From positions 367,402-431,401 of the forward strand of contig NW_003314294.1 of the NCBI RefSeq assembly GCF_000143415.4: 64,000 nt of DNA, given 5' to 3'. The notes beneath the pieces were generated by a model. That model ran no database searches. It worked only from the letters and a program-made list of their open reading frames with translations, and was not told the DNA's origin. How positions within the stretch are numbered: the first letter of the stretch is position 1; each line of letters starts with the position of its first letter. This document shows positions 21,622-34,944 of the stretch, in pieces. Source of the stretch: Selaginella moellendorffii. Lineage: Eukaryota > Plantae > Lycopodiophyta. The translations under genes and the position numbers were made by a program.

Positions 21622-23460
21622 ATGGCTCCCCCTGGACGCGCTGGTGCTGATCTAGATGGTAGGGATTACTGGAGCGCCATCGTCGCCGGGTTCTTGGAGC
21701 TCTTCATCGCCTGTCTCGTGCTCCTAACGGCCGGCGTCTCGCTCCTCGCCTCCAAGCTCATCAAGATCTTCGACCTGCCGTATCCATGTACGTATCTGGG
21801 GCTCCAGCACGAGCGATCGGTGCTGTGCGAGCAGCACAGGAGGCTGGCGCTGCTCAATCTCCAGCTGCATGACTCGTGTGGCGAGTGCTTGCGAGAGCTG
21901 ACGGCGGCGCGAATCGAGCAGAACGCGCGAGTTCTTCCGCTCTTCCAGGAGCCGCGCGTGAGGGAACTTCACGATGGAAGGGGCGACGATCACCATGACA
22001 ATGAAGAGGACGAGCTGGGTGATGACGGATTTGGGACCGAAGCGATCGCGCACAAGGTGACGAGCGTGGCCGTGGACGACAAGAAAAATCCGGAGGTGCC
22101 GTCGCCTAGAGTTGGAGCTACAGGAGATCGTTGTGTGAAGCGAAAGTTTGCGAAGATATTCGTGGAGGAGCTTCCGCATGATCAGGTTTCGTCCGGCGTG
22201 AAATCTTCCGAGGAGGAGAAAGATAGGGGCGATGCTACCTCGGATCTCTCCGTCGAGAGCGTCAAGGCAGCATTCCAAGCGGAGAAAGACGCTCTGAACT
22301 CACTTTATGTGGAGCTCGAGGAGGAAAGGAATGCGTCGGCCATAGCTGCCAACGAAGCCATGGCGATGATCACTCGGCTCCAGGAGGAAAAGGCAGCGGT
22401 TCAGATGGAGGCTCGTCAGTACCAGAGGATGGTTGAGGAGAAAGCGGAGTACGACCAGGAGGCTATCACTCTTCTCAAGGAGATACTCTTCAAGCGAGAA
22501 CAGGAAAAGTTCGTGCTGGAGAAGGAGGTGGAGTCTTATCGAAAGCGGCTACTGCCCGCGAGAGATGGCGACGACGTCGACGACTGGCTTCCATCGAGGC
22601 TGCTCCTCGAAGGTGGTGGTGGTGGTGGTTTCGGTGCGGGCCAGAGAAAACCAACCGAGCTTTCACGTCGGCAAGGTACCAATCTTCTCGAGGACTTCGA
22701 TCGGGCGAGCTCGCATCACTCCGGGAGTGTATCCGGCGACGAAGCCACAGGGAATGGAGCGGAAGAGCTGGGCTTTCAACGCAACGCAAGCGCTGCAAGT
22801 CCGGGTGGTGATTATGGTGGCGATCCAACAGCGCGTGGTGATATCGATCTCGATCGAGGAAAACGTAGCGATCAAGTGGAAGAAGCTTTGAGCAACGGCA
22901 ACTCCGACCTTGATCTTCGAACCACCTCCATGGTCATGAGAGACAACTTCCGATTGGCCATGGAAAACGACATCCGAGAGCTAACGTCGAGATTGCAGGT
23001 GCTCGAGGACGACAGGCTGCTGCTCACGCAGGTTGTGCAGTCGCTCACGGCCGACAAGCCGGATCATCTCCGAGAGCTCGCGCAACACTTTCGACTCAAG
23101 AAGGCCGCCGCCGACCTCGCAGTTCCTCCAGTCTCTCAGGTACTTGGCTGCCATCACGAATGCATTTTAACATCCTAGGCCAGCTCCGAGCGCGCGAGAG
23201 AGAGAGGGTGATTGGATTTTTTCGTTCTCTACTGTTTTTTCTAGAGAGTGTGGGTGTGTGAGTTCTAGAGGGGGAGAGTAAAGCTATGTCTCGTTGCTTC
23301 GTTTTCTTTCTTTTTTCTCTGGGAGAGAGGTTTCTAGCTCTTCATTTTGTGCAATAAATAAGATCCTCTCGGGCGGCGTTTATATGAAACTTTCTGGTGG
23401 TTTCTTGTGTTCTTGCAGGTGGTCACGAAGAAACGAAGAATGGAAGGAAGCTTTTGGTAG
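21622..23460 (+). CDS. Myosin-binding protein (GTD/Zein-binding DUF593, MyoB family)
   Basis: N-terminal TM followed by F.LP.PC, and coiled coil LYVELEEERNASAIAANEAMAMITRLQEEKAAVQMEARQYQRMVEEKAEYDQEA. Donor at ~23140; the last exon (23419-23460) is tentative. Confidence 0.88.
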
Positions 23461-23862
23461 AAGATCTTGTTTGGAGCATCGAGTCTATCAAGGATTGGAG
23501 TAGAGAATTTGGATTTGGAGCGTTTCGCGAGGATTTGGAGCGCGAATGTAGATTTGTTTCATTCGAGCGTTTATTGTATTTGTAATGTTTGTATTGTATT
23601 TAAAGGAAGGTTATGTATGGTAGCTTGCCCTACCTTTAAAATAATGCTTAGAATTTGGGTGTAATTTAAATATTTTGGTTGGTATGGTGGTTGGCTCCAC
23701 TTTTCTAGGGCTAGAGAAGCGCTAGGGTTTGCGCGTGAGCAATGCAGCCGGATTGATCGGAATCGCCGGTCCTCCGGAGCGATCCCAGAGTAAGGTGAGC
23801 TCTCTCTTTCGGTGCGATCGGTCGCCGGATTTATTTCCAGTGACGAGGACGCGAGCGGCAGC

Positions 23863-26800
23863 ATGGAAGTGACGATCCCAGCTCTTGACAGCTCCGATGT
23901 GCGGCGCAAGAGCTCTTCCACGCGCCCGTGCACGCTTGTCATCACTCACACGGGGCAATGCGTGAATCTGGTCGCGGATTCTTCGAGTGGTCCTCCCGTA
24001 GAGACGGAAGAGGAAATGTCTGTGACAAAGAACGCGTTCTTTGGGAAGCTGAGAGAGACGTTTGAGGATCTAAATCTTCGTGGACTTTTGTGGCTCAATA
24101 GCCAGGGACAAGGCAAGAACATCGACGCAGAGAAGGTACTTTTTTGAATGACTTCTTTGGTTTTCTTCTTCGATTTTATATTCCTTTTTGTCTGCTTCGC
24201 TAGAGAATCCAGCAATCGATTTTTCTTCACTCTGGTTTGTCTAACTGTTCCTTTTCGTTCTTGAACAGGATGTATTGTCTAGATTTCACAACTCTTATCT
24301 TTACGGAGATGTGCCTCTAAGTATCAAGCTTAGGACCGCACTCAGGACTGGGACTTGGAGTCACGTCACGATTTGGGTAACTTCGAAGAATGAACCTCTG
24401 TGATTTTGGTTTTTTTGCTTGAAAGCTAGTAGTTCATGCAGCTGCTCTTTCCAGGTAGAGTTTTTCGCTGCTGTGATTTCCGTGACTGCTTACGTACGGC
24501 AAACGTAAGTGCTGCGAAAGTTTTGGAATGTGTTTAACTATTTGTGTCTGCTCCTCAGGTATACGGAGGAGACACTAGGATGGTCCCAGTTCTTCAGGCG
24601 GGTCTTCTCTTTGTATTTTGCTGCCGACTATGTTCTGAGGATCTTTAGGTAGTTCGTTCGTTCCTTGAAGCAGCATCTTATGCTTGTCGTCTTTCTTTGC
24701 AGTGCTCCTGTTCGTCTCTATTACATATTCTCTACTGCCGGAATTATCGATTTGATAAGCTCGCTGCCTATATTTTACATCTGGAGGTATGTAAAATTTT
24801 GAGGCCGCAATGTTGTTTAACCTTTTTTAATGGTGGCCACAGCGTCGCAGATAATTACAGCGCAGTTCCGCAAATGCTTCGGGTAATACGTGCGCGAAGG
24901 TGCAAGGTTTGCTTTGAAGACAACTCCTGTCAAGGATAATATCGATTTTAATGCACCGTCATCTGGCAGAATACTACCTTACCTGCTTACTTTGGGACTA
25001 GTTGGTGGTACAATTGCTCAGCAGATATTTCTTCTTATAATGTACACTCTAGGAACTGGTACGCAAACTCTCGTTTGTTCTTTATCTTGATTCGTCTTCG
25101 TGCTTCAGTTTTCATAGCTGCTGGAATATTTCAGTGGGTTGAGTACAAGAATACCCCAGCAGATGTAAAAAGAGAAGCTAACTGTGACGAAGCAGGCTGC
25201 TTTACTTTCTATCAAGCTTTTTATTTTCTGATTGTTACGGTGAGTATGCTCTATATTTTTCCAAGTTCCGTTTTCTATTTTGTGCTGTTATAGATAACGA
25301 CGGTTGGATACGGGGATTTCAGTCCGAAGTCTAACTGGGGACGCTTTGTGGCAATCACCGTGATCTTGGCAGCAGTCCTGATACTGCCCTTGCAAATAAA
25401 TAATATTCTCCAGCTTGCGTCCCGCAGGTGAGCACCTATGTTTTCCTTATCACTGCTTTAAGATGTCTTTATGCTTTCCTGGTGCAAGACCGTATGGCGG
25501 AAAACTTGCGTTGCAAAAAGTTGTTGGGTCGCGGTTTATAATATTGAGTGGCAATGTTTCATTTAATACTGTAGAACATTTTCTCTCTGGCTTTTACCAT
25601 CCGTGCCATGACAAAGGTCTTTCTGCTCTTCAAGGTTGCTTACGGCATCCATCCTCTTTCGTGATTGCAGATATGACGGCGTTTCCTATACGTGTTGTTA
25701 TTATGGCACCTTTTAAGCCATCGTATGTTGTTTTTGCCTGACTGCTTGTTGGAAATTGCAATGTTTTCTATTGCAGGTTCGAGTTAAAAACGCTGCTTAC
25801 GGTGTACAAAGACAACGTTGAGTTCATTGAAGGTGTTCCCACGAAAGAAACTGATCTGGTTCGCGCTGGAGCAAAGCTTGCGTCGGCTTTCTTTTTGTTG
25901 GCAGATCATTACGCCAAGGTAAATTGTAGTTGAACAAAATTCTCACTAACATGGATATTTATTTGCAGGATTTTGATGCGGAAGACGCAGCTCAAATGAC
26001 GCGCTCGTTATCTGTTCACCGTCACTGTGGTCCTATGGCTCGAGTGATTGTTGAACTATTAAAACCAGAGAACTGTAAAAGTGCGCTTTGGGACGAGTTT
26101 GAATCGGGTATTGAGGTGCTTTGTCCCGAAGCAATACGTTTTAAGTTGCTTGCAAGAAGGTATATGTCAAGTTTTCTGTCTCAACTGTCACTTTACCATG
26201 TAAATGCAGCTGCCATATCCAAGGGTTTTCGACGTTCATCATCAACCTGTTTCGGTCAGGCTTATTTATCAGAAGTCCCAAAGAGGAGCATTGGATGGTG
26301 CAGTACTATCGAGGCCTTAAGCATGAAGTCTTCCCGGTCATATTACCACCGTGTCTTCATCGTCAGGAGCTAATGTTTGAAGAGGTTAGCATCGTTTGCC
26401 TCGTTTCTGAAGGTTTTCTGATCGTAATATGCTCAGGTGGTGGAAGTGATGTACCTCAAGTATAGAGTGATTCTTTTTGGGCTGGATGTACAGATTGGTG
26501 ACGGGTCCCGAACAGTGGTGCTGTATCCACGGGGGCGCCTCTTGGATCCCTGTGACGTGGGGCTTGTGATTGCCAGCGATCTTGCAGCAGCGGAGCAAGT
26601 TTCTAAGTTTGGGTTACCCGTTCACCAAGCTTGTCCGTATCTTGACTTCTCTCAAGACTTGAAGATCGCCATGGACGACATGGTGTTGCAGCAAGTGAAA
26701 AACAGGTGGAAGGAGTTTCGCCGTAACGAAGAGAAGTGGAAGAGCACGAATAACACGTTTGGTAGCTTGAGGGAAGGTCTCAAGAAGAATTTGGCAGCAT

Positions 26801-27971
26801 GGTCTTCGAGGAAAACAACGGTTACTAGTCTCGAAGATGCTATCGAGGCAGCAACAAGGTGGCCACCTCTCAAGCTGGATAAGCCCGATCCTCCGGTGCT
26901 AGCAAGGAGGGCTCAAATCATCCAGGCGCACTTGCAGAGCAACACGATGAATGTCGTGAGGCTACCTTCTCCACACATTCTTGTTTGCATCGAAGGAATG
27001 TGGCCCGTCAACCTCTTCTACTTTGTTTCCAACTTGAGGATAAACAACGTCATCAACTTGCCGGTAGTTATCCTTCATCCGAACGAGCCGACCGCCGCAC
27101 AATGGGGATGCGTTGGCCTTTTCTCAGACGTTTATTTCGTCCAAGGAACGGCTCTCTACGAGCTCGATCTTATTCGCGCTGGTGTCCTTCAAGCAGGTAC
27201 TGAGAATCTAGACCTTTCGTTGTATATGGATATGTTTTTTTGTCAGGCTTTTCTTTTTTTTCTTACGCTTTGACGTTGCAGAGCGAGTGGTCATTCTGAC
27301 GGAGACGCTCCAGGAGGAATCTATTCAGTCCGATGACTCAGCCTCCATGTCTCAGTCCATCAACATCGCCGACTTAAACAACGTCCGAATTGCAGCGAAC
27401 GTGGAGCGTTTAATTAGCCCTGCAAGAGGTCGTGTTATTGTCGAGCTGCAGCAAGAAAACCAGATCCAGTTTCTGCGGCCCAAGTTCAACATAGATGCCC
27501 GTCTGTTTCACACTGGCATGTACCACCGAGACCACACAGGAAGGTTCCAGTTTGCTCCTCCTTACATCGAAGGGAAAGGCTTTAGTCCTGGAGCACTAAC
27601 ATTTCTTATGTAAGTTCGAGTTCCATTTATGTTTTCTGAGCTGCTGACAGTTAATATTTTCCAGATACGCAACGTTTTTTAATTCCACTGTGATATCTAT
27701 AGTGGAGCAACTGTCATCTGGATGTCCCATGGACCAATTGGACGAAGGGAGTGCTGAAATCCGACACTTCGAACAAATTGCTGTTCCTAGACACTACCAG
27801 GGACAAACTTTCTCGGACCTGTTCCTCGGTTTGCTAGAGCACGAAAGGATGCTCGCGTTGGGACTGTACAGGCCTCTGGGGACGCAGGGATCCGTCGTTT
27901 GCTACGTTTCCACCAATCCTGAGCCGTCCTTGAGTTTGGTTGAAGGCGATCTGGTCTATGTCCTCAAGTGA
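23863..27971 (+). CDS. BK/Slo-family potassium channel (pore plus two RCK domains), multi-exon
   Basis: S4-like PQMLRVIRARR and pore FYQAFYFLIVT|ITTVGYGDFSPKSNWGR. RCK1: IILSGNVSF..FLSGFYHP, EFIEG..DLVRAG..AFFLLAD..EDAAQMTR. RCK2: PHILVC, VYFVQGTAL..DLIRAGV. C-terminus TFSDLF..LALGLYR..YVSTNPEPSLSLVEGDLVYVLK*. Confidence 0.92.
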
Positions 27972-28104
27972 TCGTGATCTCAGCCGTCCGTAAGCTCGAA
28001 AGAAATTCCTTCATGGAACGTCAACTGGGGGCACCAACGGTTGAGATGGTTTTGCCATTCGTGAAGAATGCGTCCTTTGGAGAGCGGCTCTCACATCTCG
28101 TGAA

Positions 28105-29206
28105 ATGGTGAGAGAAGTTGAGATGTCTGGAACCATCGAGCATGTCGACTTTCAGGTACGAAACTCGCTTTCATTTTACCAAACGCATTTCTTTCTCTGT
28201 CTTTTGTATTGCAGAAGGCATTTGGCATCTTGTATGGAGACGAAAAGTTCCAAAAGAGATATCACAAAGAAATCAGTAAAGATCCCGGTGCGGTAGTGTC
28301 CACTTGGACGAGGGAGGGGCGGCGGGAAGTCAAGTTTGCAGCTCCAGTGAGTGCACCAAAAGTAGTACAGATGCTTCTAGGTAATCGATCAGCACAATGT
28401 TTTTTTCGTGACACTGACGAACTTCGCCGTGCTTCCAGGCGCAGACAAGCTGCAAGTGACAGAAATCCAGCAGTATACAAAGCTGGAAGATTCAGTCATC
28501 ATAAAGTCTGAGCCGATTTTCGACGCTCCTGGTGGAAGCAGCTTTCGGACGTTTGGTAAAGTGATACTGGCGCCTGGTGATACAGATCGAAGCTGCCGCG
28601 TCACCATGTTGATATCGTTGGAATGCAAAGCTGGAATGTGGGGAGTACAGGGTACGGTGGTTTTAGTTTACGTGGTGGTGTCTTTGTTAACTGGTGATTT
28701 TCTCAGGAACCGTCGAGAGTTACATGGAGACCCATGCAAGGAAATCTTTTACGGGATGGATGCGCATAGCTCGAATCTTTTGTGAGGAGGAGCTCGGGTT
28801 GACACAGCGGCAGGAGTTTGGAGACGAGGACGAGTACTACGATTTTGAGGACGTGGGATCGGTCTCGGGGTCAGAGACAGGGAGTAGTTCTGGTAGCCTA
28901 GCGGATAGAGACAGGGACGTTGGCTCCAGCAGCGAGGCTCCGTTAGGACTGGACATGTGGTTCGTCCAGTCTGTGTTGAAGGAGCTCAACGGGTTGCAGA
29001 TATCCGGGGACGCATCGCGGACGCATTTAGAGAAGTTGAATGTCAAGCTCCAAAAGATTGAGGACGAGCTTTCCATCGTCAAGTCCCACTTAGAGCGGCA
29101 GAATCGGCGATGGTTACAGGCGACGTGGGGGGTGGTGGCTTTGAGCATTGCAATCGGGTTGATAATCGGTTTCCGACGGCTGTGTGTGCGCACAAACAGG
29201 AGGTAG
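28105..29206 (+). CDS. VASt/StARkin-like lipid-transfer domain protein with coiled coil and C-terminal TM anchor
   Basis: Four exons give ..VVSTWTREGRREVKF..VTEIQQY..IFDAPGGSSFRT..CRVTMLISLEC..WGVQG|TVESYM, followed by an acidic linker, a heptad region and terminal hydrophobic WGVVALSIAIGLIIGF. Confidence 0.65.
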
Positions 29207-29447
29207 CACTGCTCAGACTCCCATGAATTTGGTTGGCATTTATTCGGAGATGGGAACAGGAAAGGAATCCTATGAGAAGGACTCGAGGAAGACACAGGAG
29301 ATTATCATCACGTGAGCTTGTCAGAGGATCGTGAGTGGCAGTGGCACTGGAAAATGGAAGGTCACAGCGCCAGGGAAAGCAAAAAAAAGTCCTTTTTTTT
29401 CTCCGGTTCTACATCTCTCACTCGGCAAAGACACAAGACGAGAGATC

Positions 29448-29957
29448 TCACATCACCTGGTCGACGACTTCGTCTCCTCCCGTGTCCATCGGCTCCACGG
29501 CAGCTTTGTCACCAGACGCATTGCCAGATTCTTCGGCGACGACCTGGCTTAGAACTTTGCGGCAATGCGAGAAGAGAATTTTTTTGGGATCCAAACCTGG
29601 GCCTCGGCTTGCTGGGGCCGTTTCATCGCGTACAAGCTTCGCACAAACTCGTCCTCCATGGACTGGAGATACATGCTGTGCTTCTCGTCCGTCCAGTCGC
29701 TCTCCTGGAGTTTTGGAAGTGTTTGCCATCGCATCGGCGCCGCGTTATTGCCAGTCCCAGGGGACAGGACAGGGAAGGGAACTTACACTATCATTTGGCA
29801 GCTCGGCTCGATCGCCATTCCTTTCGTCATCATCTTCGGCAGCGTCCACGACGTCTCCCGTGTTTTGGTCGCGAATGCGTGAAGTCGCCGCCAGAGGCTC
29901 CGAGTCGTGGAGCTCCTCCTCGATGGTGGAAGAGTGGCTGCTATCCTCTTCTTCCAT
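29448..29957 (-). CDS. COR27: COR27/COR28-like cold/clock-regulated protein
   Basis: Signature WTDEKHSMYLQSMEDEFVRSLY, acidic N-terminus and C-terminal EVVDQ. GT-AG introns; the 3' end may continue to ~29309 through one more exon. Confidence 0.75.
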
Positions 29958-30198
29958 AGCTCCGCGCTCGATCTTCTCCCTGGAAGAGATAGAGAAGAGA
30001 CACAAAGAGGGAGAGAGAGAGAGAGATGGTTCTTCTAGCGAGCTCCAACCAAAGGAAGCTTTTTTCTCTCTTTTCAAGAGGAGGGGGCCACGAATGGATG
30101 GAGTGAAGAAGAATAATTTGCATGAAGCAAGCGACATCCGTGGCATATGAATCCCACAAATGCTGGTTTCCGTGCTTCCGTGGCCAATGGCATCTGCA

Positions 30199-30231
30199 CA
30201 CGTGGCCCCTTATTACTCCGCCAGATATTTT
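30199..30231 (-). promoter_or_regulatory. G-box/ABRE-like site plus Evening Element upstream of the COR27-like gene
   Basis: CACGTG(GC) at 30199-30204 and AAAATATCT (minus strand) at 30231-30223, 240-275 bp upstream of the ATG. Confidence 0.65.
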
Positions 30232-32149
30232 TCTGGGCGTCTCGCGCCAAATATAGAAATATCAACGGAACAGCTTTTTTGGTTGCCGGTTCGAATCCAT
30301 TCAGCGGTTTCCTCTTTCTTTCAGTGTAACTCAGTGTCGTGATAGTTTTGATTTGCAACGCTCTGAAACTGTTCGATTTTGCGAGGAGTTTGCAGAGAGA
30401 TTATCATTCATCATACTACTAACTCCTCCATATTCGTAAAGTATTGCACCATCAGCTTCCCCTGGACGTCCAGCCAATGCATGTCCCTTATTTTAAATCA
30501 TTGTCATGTGAAGCTATCAATCATCCCGGCACGACAGCAGTTACTCTATAGAACGAGGTTGATTTTTGCCAGAAAGATTATTTTCCCTTGTGGTTCTCTA
30601 ACAGAAAATTGGATTATCGCCCTTCTGCTGTTGTTACTAGCAGTCTTTCAAGTGATAAGAACTCCTCAGAATCACCCATCTACAGCTGCTGTGGTGTCTC
30701 ACACTAAGTCAACTTGCAATTCCGTCATGTTCCATAGGGAGAAAAGGAAGTGCCTGTATTAAGCCTTAAAAGGTAATTAACCCCACTGAGATTGCAAAAG
30801 GATTTTGGAATTGTTTTTTATCTAAAATATTATCAATACAATAGAATTAGTGATGGATATGGTTAACCATATCCATCACATAGCAGAGGAGAGGAGGTGC
30901 CTTCGTGGCATAAGCTCTAGACTAAGCTCTAGTGGCCAGAACTATTATGTTGTTCCTATTGAGATTATTCTTTGCCCAAAAGTTGCATGTAGGAAAAGTT
31001 CTCTCCAAAAACTTTGTTGTAAGCAACAAGCTGAGAGGAGCACGTCAATGCCAAGTAGTAGGGAATAGGATATCCGGATGTCCTCAACAAGGATATTCTC
31101 TACTATCTTTGCTGGTTTTCTTTAAAGAAATTTTGGGGGAAGGTAGGCCTGACAAAAAAATGTAATAGCCTACAAGATATATAAATTTAAAATATATGTG
31201 TGCTTGATATAAAGGATATGATTGACCAGAAATTAGTATACAACTGGGTGAAATTGTTAGCTCGATTCCCCCAACTGCTGGATATTGTTGCAGCTCCAAG
31301 ATTAATTATATTGAACTTTGTTGGATCAAGGAAAACAATAATAGAACTTAATATTAAATCTGTATTATTCAAATAGCCATTCAAAAGAATATATTACAAA
31401 TAAAAATCATGAGATAACCCAAAACTTACAAAAATATATCTATTTTAATATAATTCTCTTAATATTTTAGGCTCCAAGAAATAATTTTATTTATGAAAAA
31501 AAAATATTTCTGGTGAAAATATTTATGTGAATTTATATACTTGCATCTTAAAGCATTAGTATAATATATCAACATGATTTTATTTATAAGTTTTTCAATT
31601 TTAAGTATTGTTGAAGATGTTGTTTGCCCACCATATGCACCTCCTCCAGGAATTGTAAGATGAATTTATAAGTTCTAATAGTGATTTTATGAAACATCTT
31701 GGTATTATTTTCAACACGCTTTTGGATGGCACTAGTATTAAAAATGAAATGAAATAAAATATAAAGAAATCAGTGGTGTTTCAGTATGTAACCAAACCTT
31801 ATATCGTTTGAATCAATGCCATAGTTGTTTAGAGAATCTACACAAAGAGATTATATTAGTTGCTCCATATTCAAAAGAAGCACAATTATGTAGTGCTAAC
31901 AATTTATGTTATTTTTGCTATCAAAAATATTCATTTTCCGAAATAGAAATAATAAATTATTTTTGCAATTTTAATTTGGAAGGTTCAAATTCTTTTAATG
32001 ATATTATTAAAAAGTAAATATTTTAAATAATGTGTTGCACATTGTATATAACAATTTTGGTTTGCTTACTAATAGTACTATTCTTGTTTAGTATCATTAT
32101 TAATCTCCTTAACCTATAAATAATTCAATTAAGAATTCTAAAACTACTA

Positions 32150-33460
32150 GAAGAGAAGTTGATTATGAAGACAAATATTCTAGGCATAAACACAAACCAC
32201 ATTTTTCTTCAATAATTTATGCTAAATCTAGTTTATATATAGGAACAAATGGTTTGGATAAAACCAATCCAATGCTAATAACTGTTTTAATTGTACATTT
32301 AGACTTTATATCATCTCCTCCTCTTGAAAAGATAGAAGACAATTAAAGTTTTTATGTTGATAGGCCAGGATCTTAAGGAATATTAAGAGGAGGCACAAGT
32401 GGATCCATAAGTGGTGCAACTTGTTCTTAATCCTTTTATATGAAATGTTTCAGCTGTTACATATTCATAATTTCTAGAGGATCAAATGTCATACTAAACT
32501 TTATAAATTTACAGTTTAATTTGCCAGAACACTTGATATAATCCATTCCACCAAAGAAGCCATTAAGACAAATCACATATTGTAAAATTCGAAAAAAGAA
32601 CTAATACTAAATCATCTATTTTGTACTCTGCAAGTGGATAATAATGAGAATTGTAACACTATTGTTATCCCATTTGTATGCAGCCTAAGTGTTTAGAGAT
32701 TTCACTCGAATTAGTGGAAGAATGGTTATTAAATATTAATCCTAAAATGTAATATCAGGAGCTCATAACAATTATGAAGGTAAACTTAACTTTGTTAACA
32801 ATATAGAATCATGAATATATAAGATTTTTTATGGTAAAGTACCAATTAAAACTTTACACCCCCATGATATACAAATATTAAAAAAATGGTAGATAACCAT
32901 CCTAATCCAAATACTAAAAGTTCATATATTTTGCAATCATCCCTTAAAGGTCTAAACAAATTATTTTACCAAACCATCTATTTATAGATGATAAACACTT
33001 GCTAAAATATGGCATATCTCCAATTGAGATGTCAAAATATAAAATGCATTAACTATAACACAAGACCATTATTTGTTCAGTTCCAACTATATTAATTGCA
33101 CCAATTGTTACTCCAAAGTCACCAGAGGAGGACCAAGAAGCCACTATAATACTTTGCAATAAATATGAAAAAAAAGAGAGGAAAAGTAAAAGAGAAGAAA
33201 TAAAAAAGTTATAGAAACAAAAGTGATTTAAACATTGTAAGAGTTAGATCTAAAAAAAAAAACAAATCGAAGCATTCTTCAAGAACAATTAAGATTGCCC
33301 CTCATCTTATAGAATATAGAAATATACATATCTAATTAGCCCAAAAACTTTATGTTATATGTAGGAGTGAGTGGTTTAGATTGAAACCAATTTAATAACT
33401 ATTAAAATCTCACTATGCTAATAAATATATAAAATCATAGTTATACATTTGGACCTAATA
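32150..33460 (-). mobile_element. Internally deleted gypsy relic, same family as 5941-10842
   Basis: 32310-33070 matches the integrase end/PPT region 6070-6770; 33090-33460 matches the 5' UTR/LTR region 10470-10850. Confidence 0.75.
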
Positions 33461-34944
33461 ATGTTTATAATTATAAATAAAAGATTAATCTAAATGAATA
33501 ACAACTGCTAAATGGTAGAATATCCCAAAATATCTAAAAACTTATTCTAAGTATAGTTTTCTTAAGGAAACTAAAATAATTTCTTCAACAACACTTGGTT
33601 TGCTTTGGAAAACTTTTATTATTAATGATAGCACTTTTACTTATATGACTTATAAAATTATAAATTAATGATTTTAATAATTATATTATTTGAATAATAA
33701 TATTTATATATAAAATCCTAAGAATAATAATACAATTTATTTTGAACTACATTATTTTATTTTAAGTAAATAAAAATTAAAATAGATGAATTCCAAATAT
33801 GAAAAAATATTTTATTTAAAGTAGTATTTAAAATATTATTTAATTAATTAATCTATTAAGATCCTAACTCCCTAGTTAGACTATATCAGCTTGTATAGAA
33901 GATTTTGGAGCAATCTTGACGTGAAGAATCTTTTCAACAAATTATAAACAATACTATTATCTTATGGAGTATAATAATTTTTTGTGGCAATTTTTCATAT
34001 ATATTGTGATGATGATTATTATCTTTTGTTGTTATGCAATCTTCAACTATATAGTTAATTAGAGCTTTATGCATTACTTATGGATGCAAATTCTTTATGA
34101 CAGAAGCTCTAGACTAAGCTCTAATGGCTAAAAATATTATATGGTTTCTATTGAAATTATTTTGATTCTACCTAGGAATTATTTGTCTAAAGAGTCAGCT
34201 CTAAGGATTATGTTGTAAACCTCAGCCAGGAATTGGAAAGGTAAAGGCCAAAGTCTGGGTATATTAATTTTCCCATCACATTGGTGGGAGAAAGTTAAAA
34301 GCCTAAAGCTACTTATATACCTAGCTCATGTTAAAGATAAATTCTTAATGAACCTAGGATGGTAAATAAGGTTGATAAATAATTATATTAATTTTAAACC
34401 AATAAATCAAAGAAAGTTGAAGAGAAAATCACAACTATTAGATTAAATAAATATCTTAAAATATGCTTAAATGTTCTAGATATATTCCTTATACCCTTTT
34501 CTAAAGTAAACAATCAATAGCCATAAAACTTGAAATAAAATCAAAACTAATAAAAAATATTAACTGATAAAATTTAAACCATTCATAAGAATATTTAAAT
34601 TATATTGTTTTCCATTTGAAAAATGTGAATAAACAATATGCATCAACTATTGATGAATTATTAGTTGAAACCAAACCATCATACTACAAACAGTTTCATG
34701 GTGTGTGGATCTTATTCTAGTTCATACTTAATAATAGTTTTGCAGCCAAACTTATAAACATTGATGTTCAATAAAGCTTATTTCTAAGTATCTATAATTA
34801 ACATTTATAAGGAATCACTTCTACTCCAGCTACTCCAATTACCAATATTAGCCATTGATCACATTATAAGATTTAATTTTTAACCATAAAATGTAATATT
34901 TTAAGGATATTTTTAAACACTCAGCAATAACAAACTTAATAATT

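Noticed and set aside
30284-30300. GGTTCGAATCC B-box suggesting a tRNA
   Set aside because: No cloverleaf or acceptor stem can be formed.
30370-31990. Decayed coding-like sequence, partly repeated at ~34100
   Set aside because: All frames are interrupted and I could not recognise a family, so it is left unannotated.
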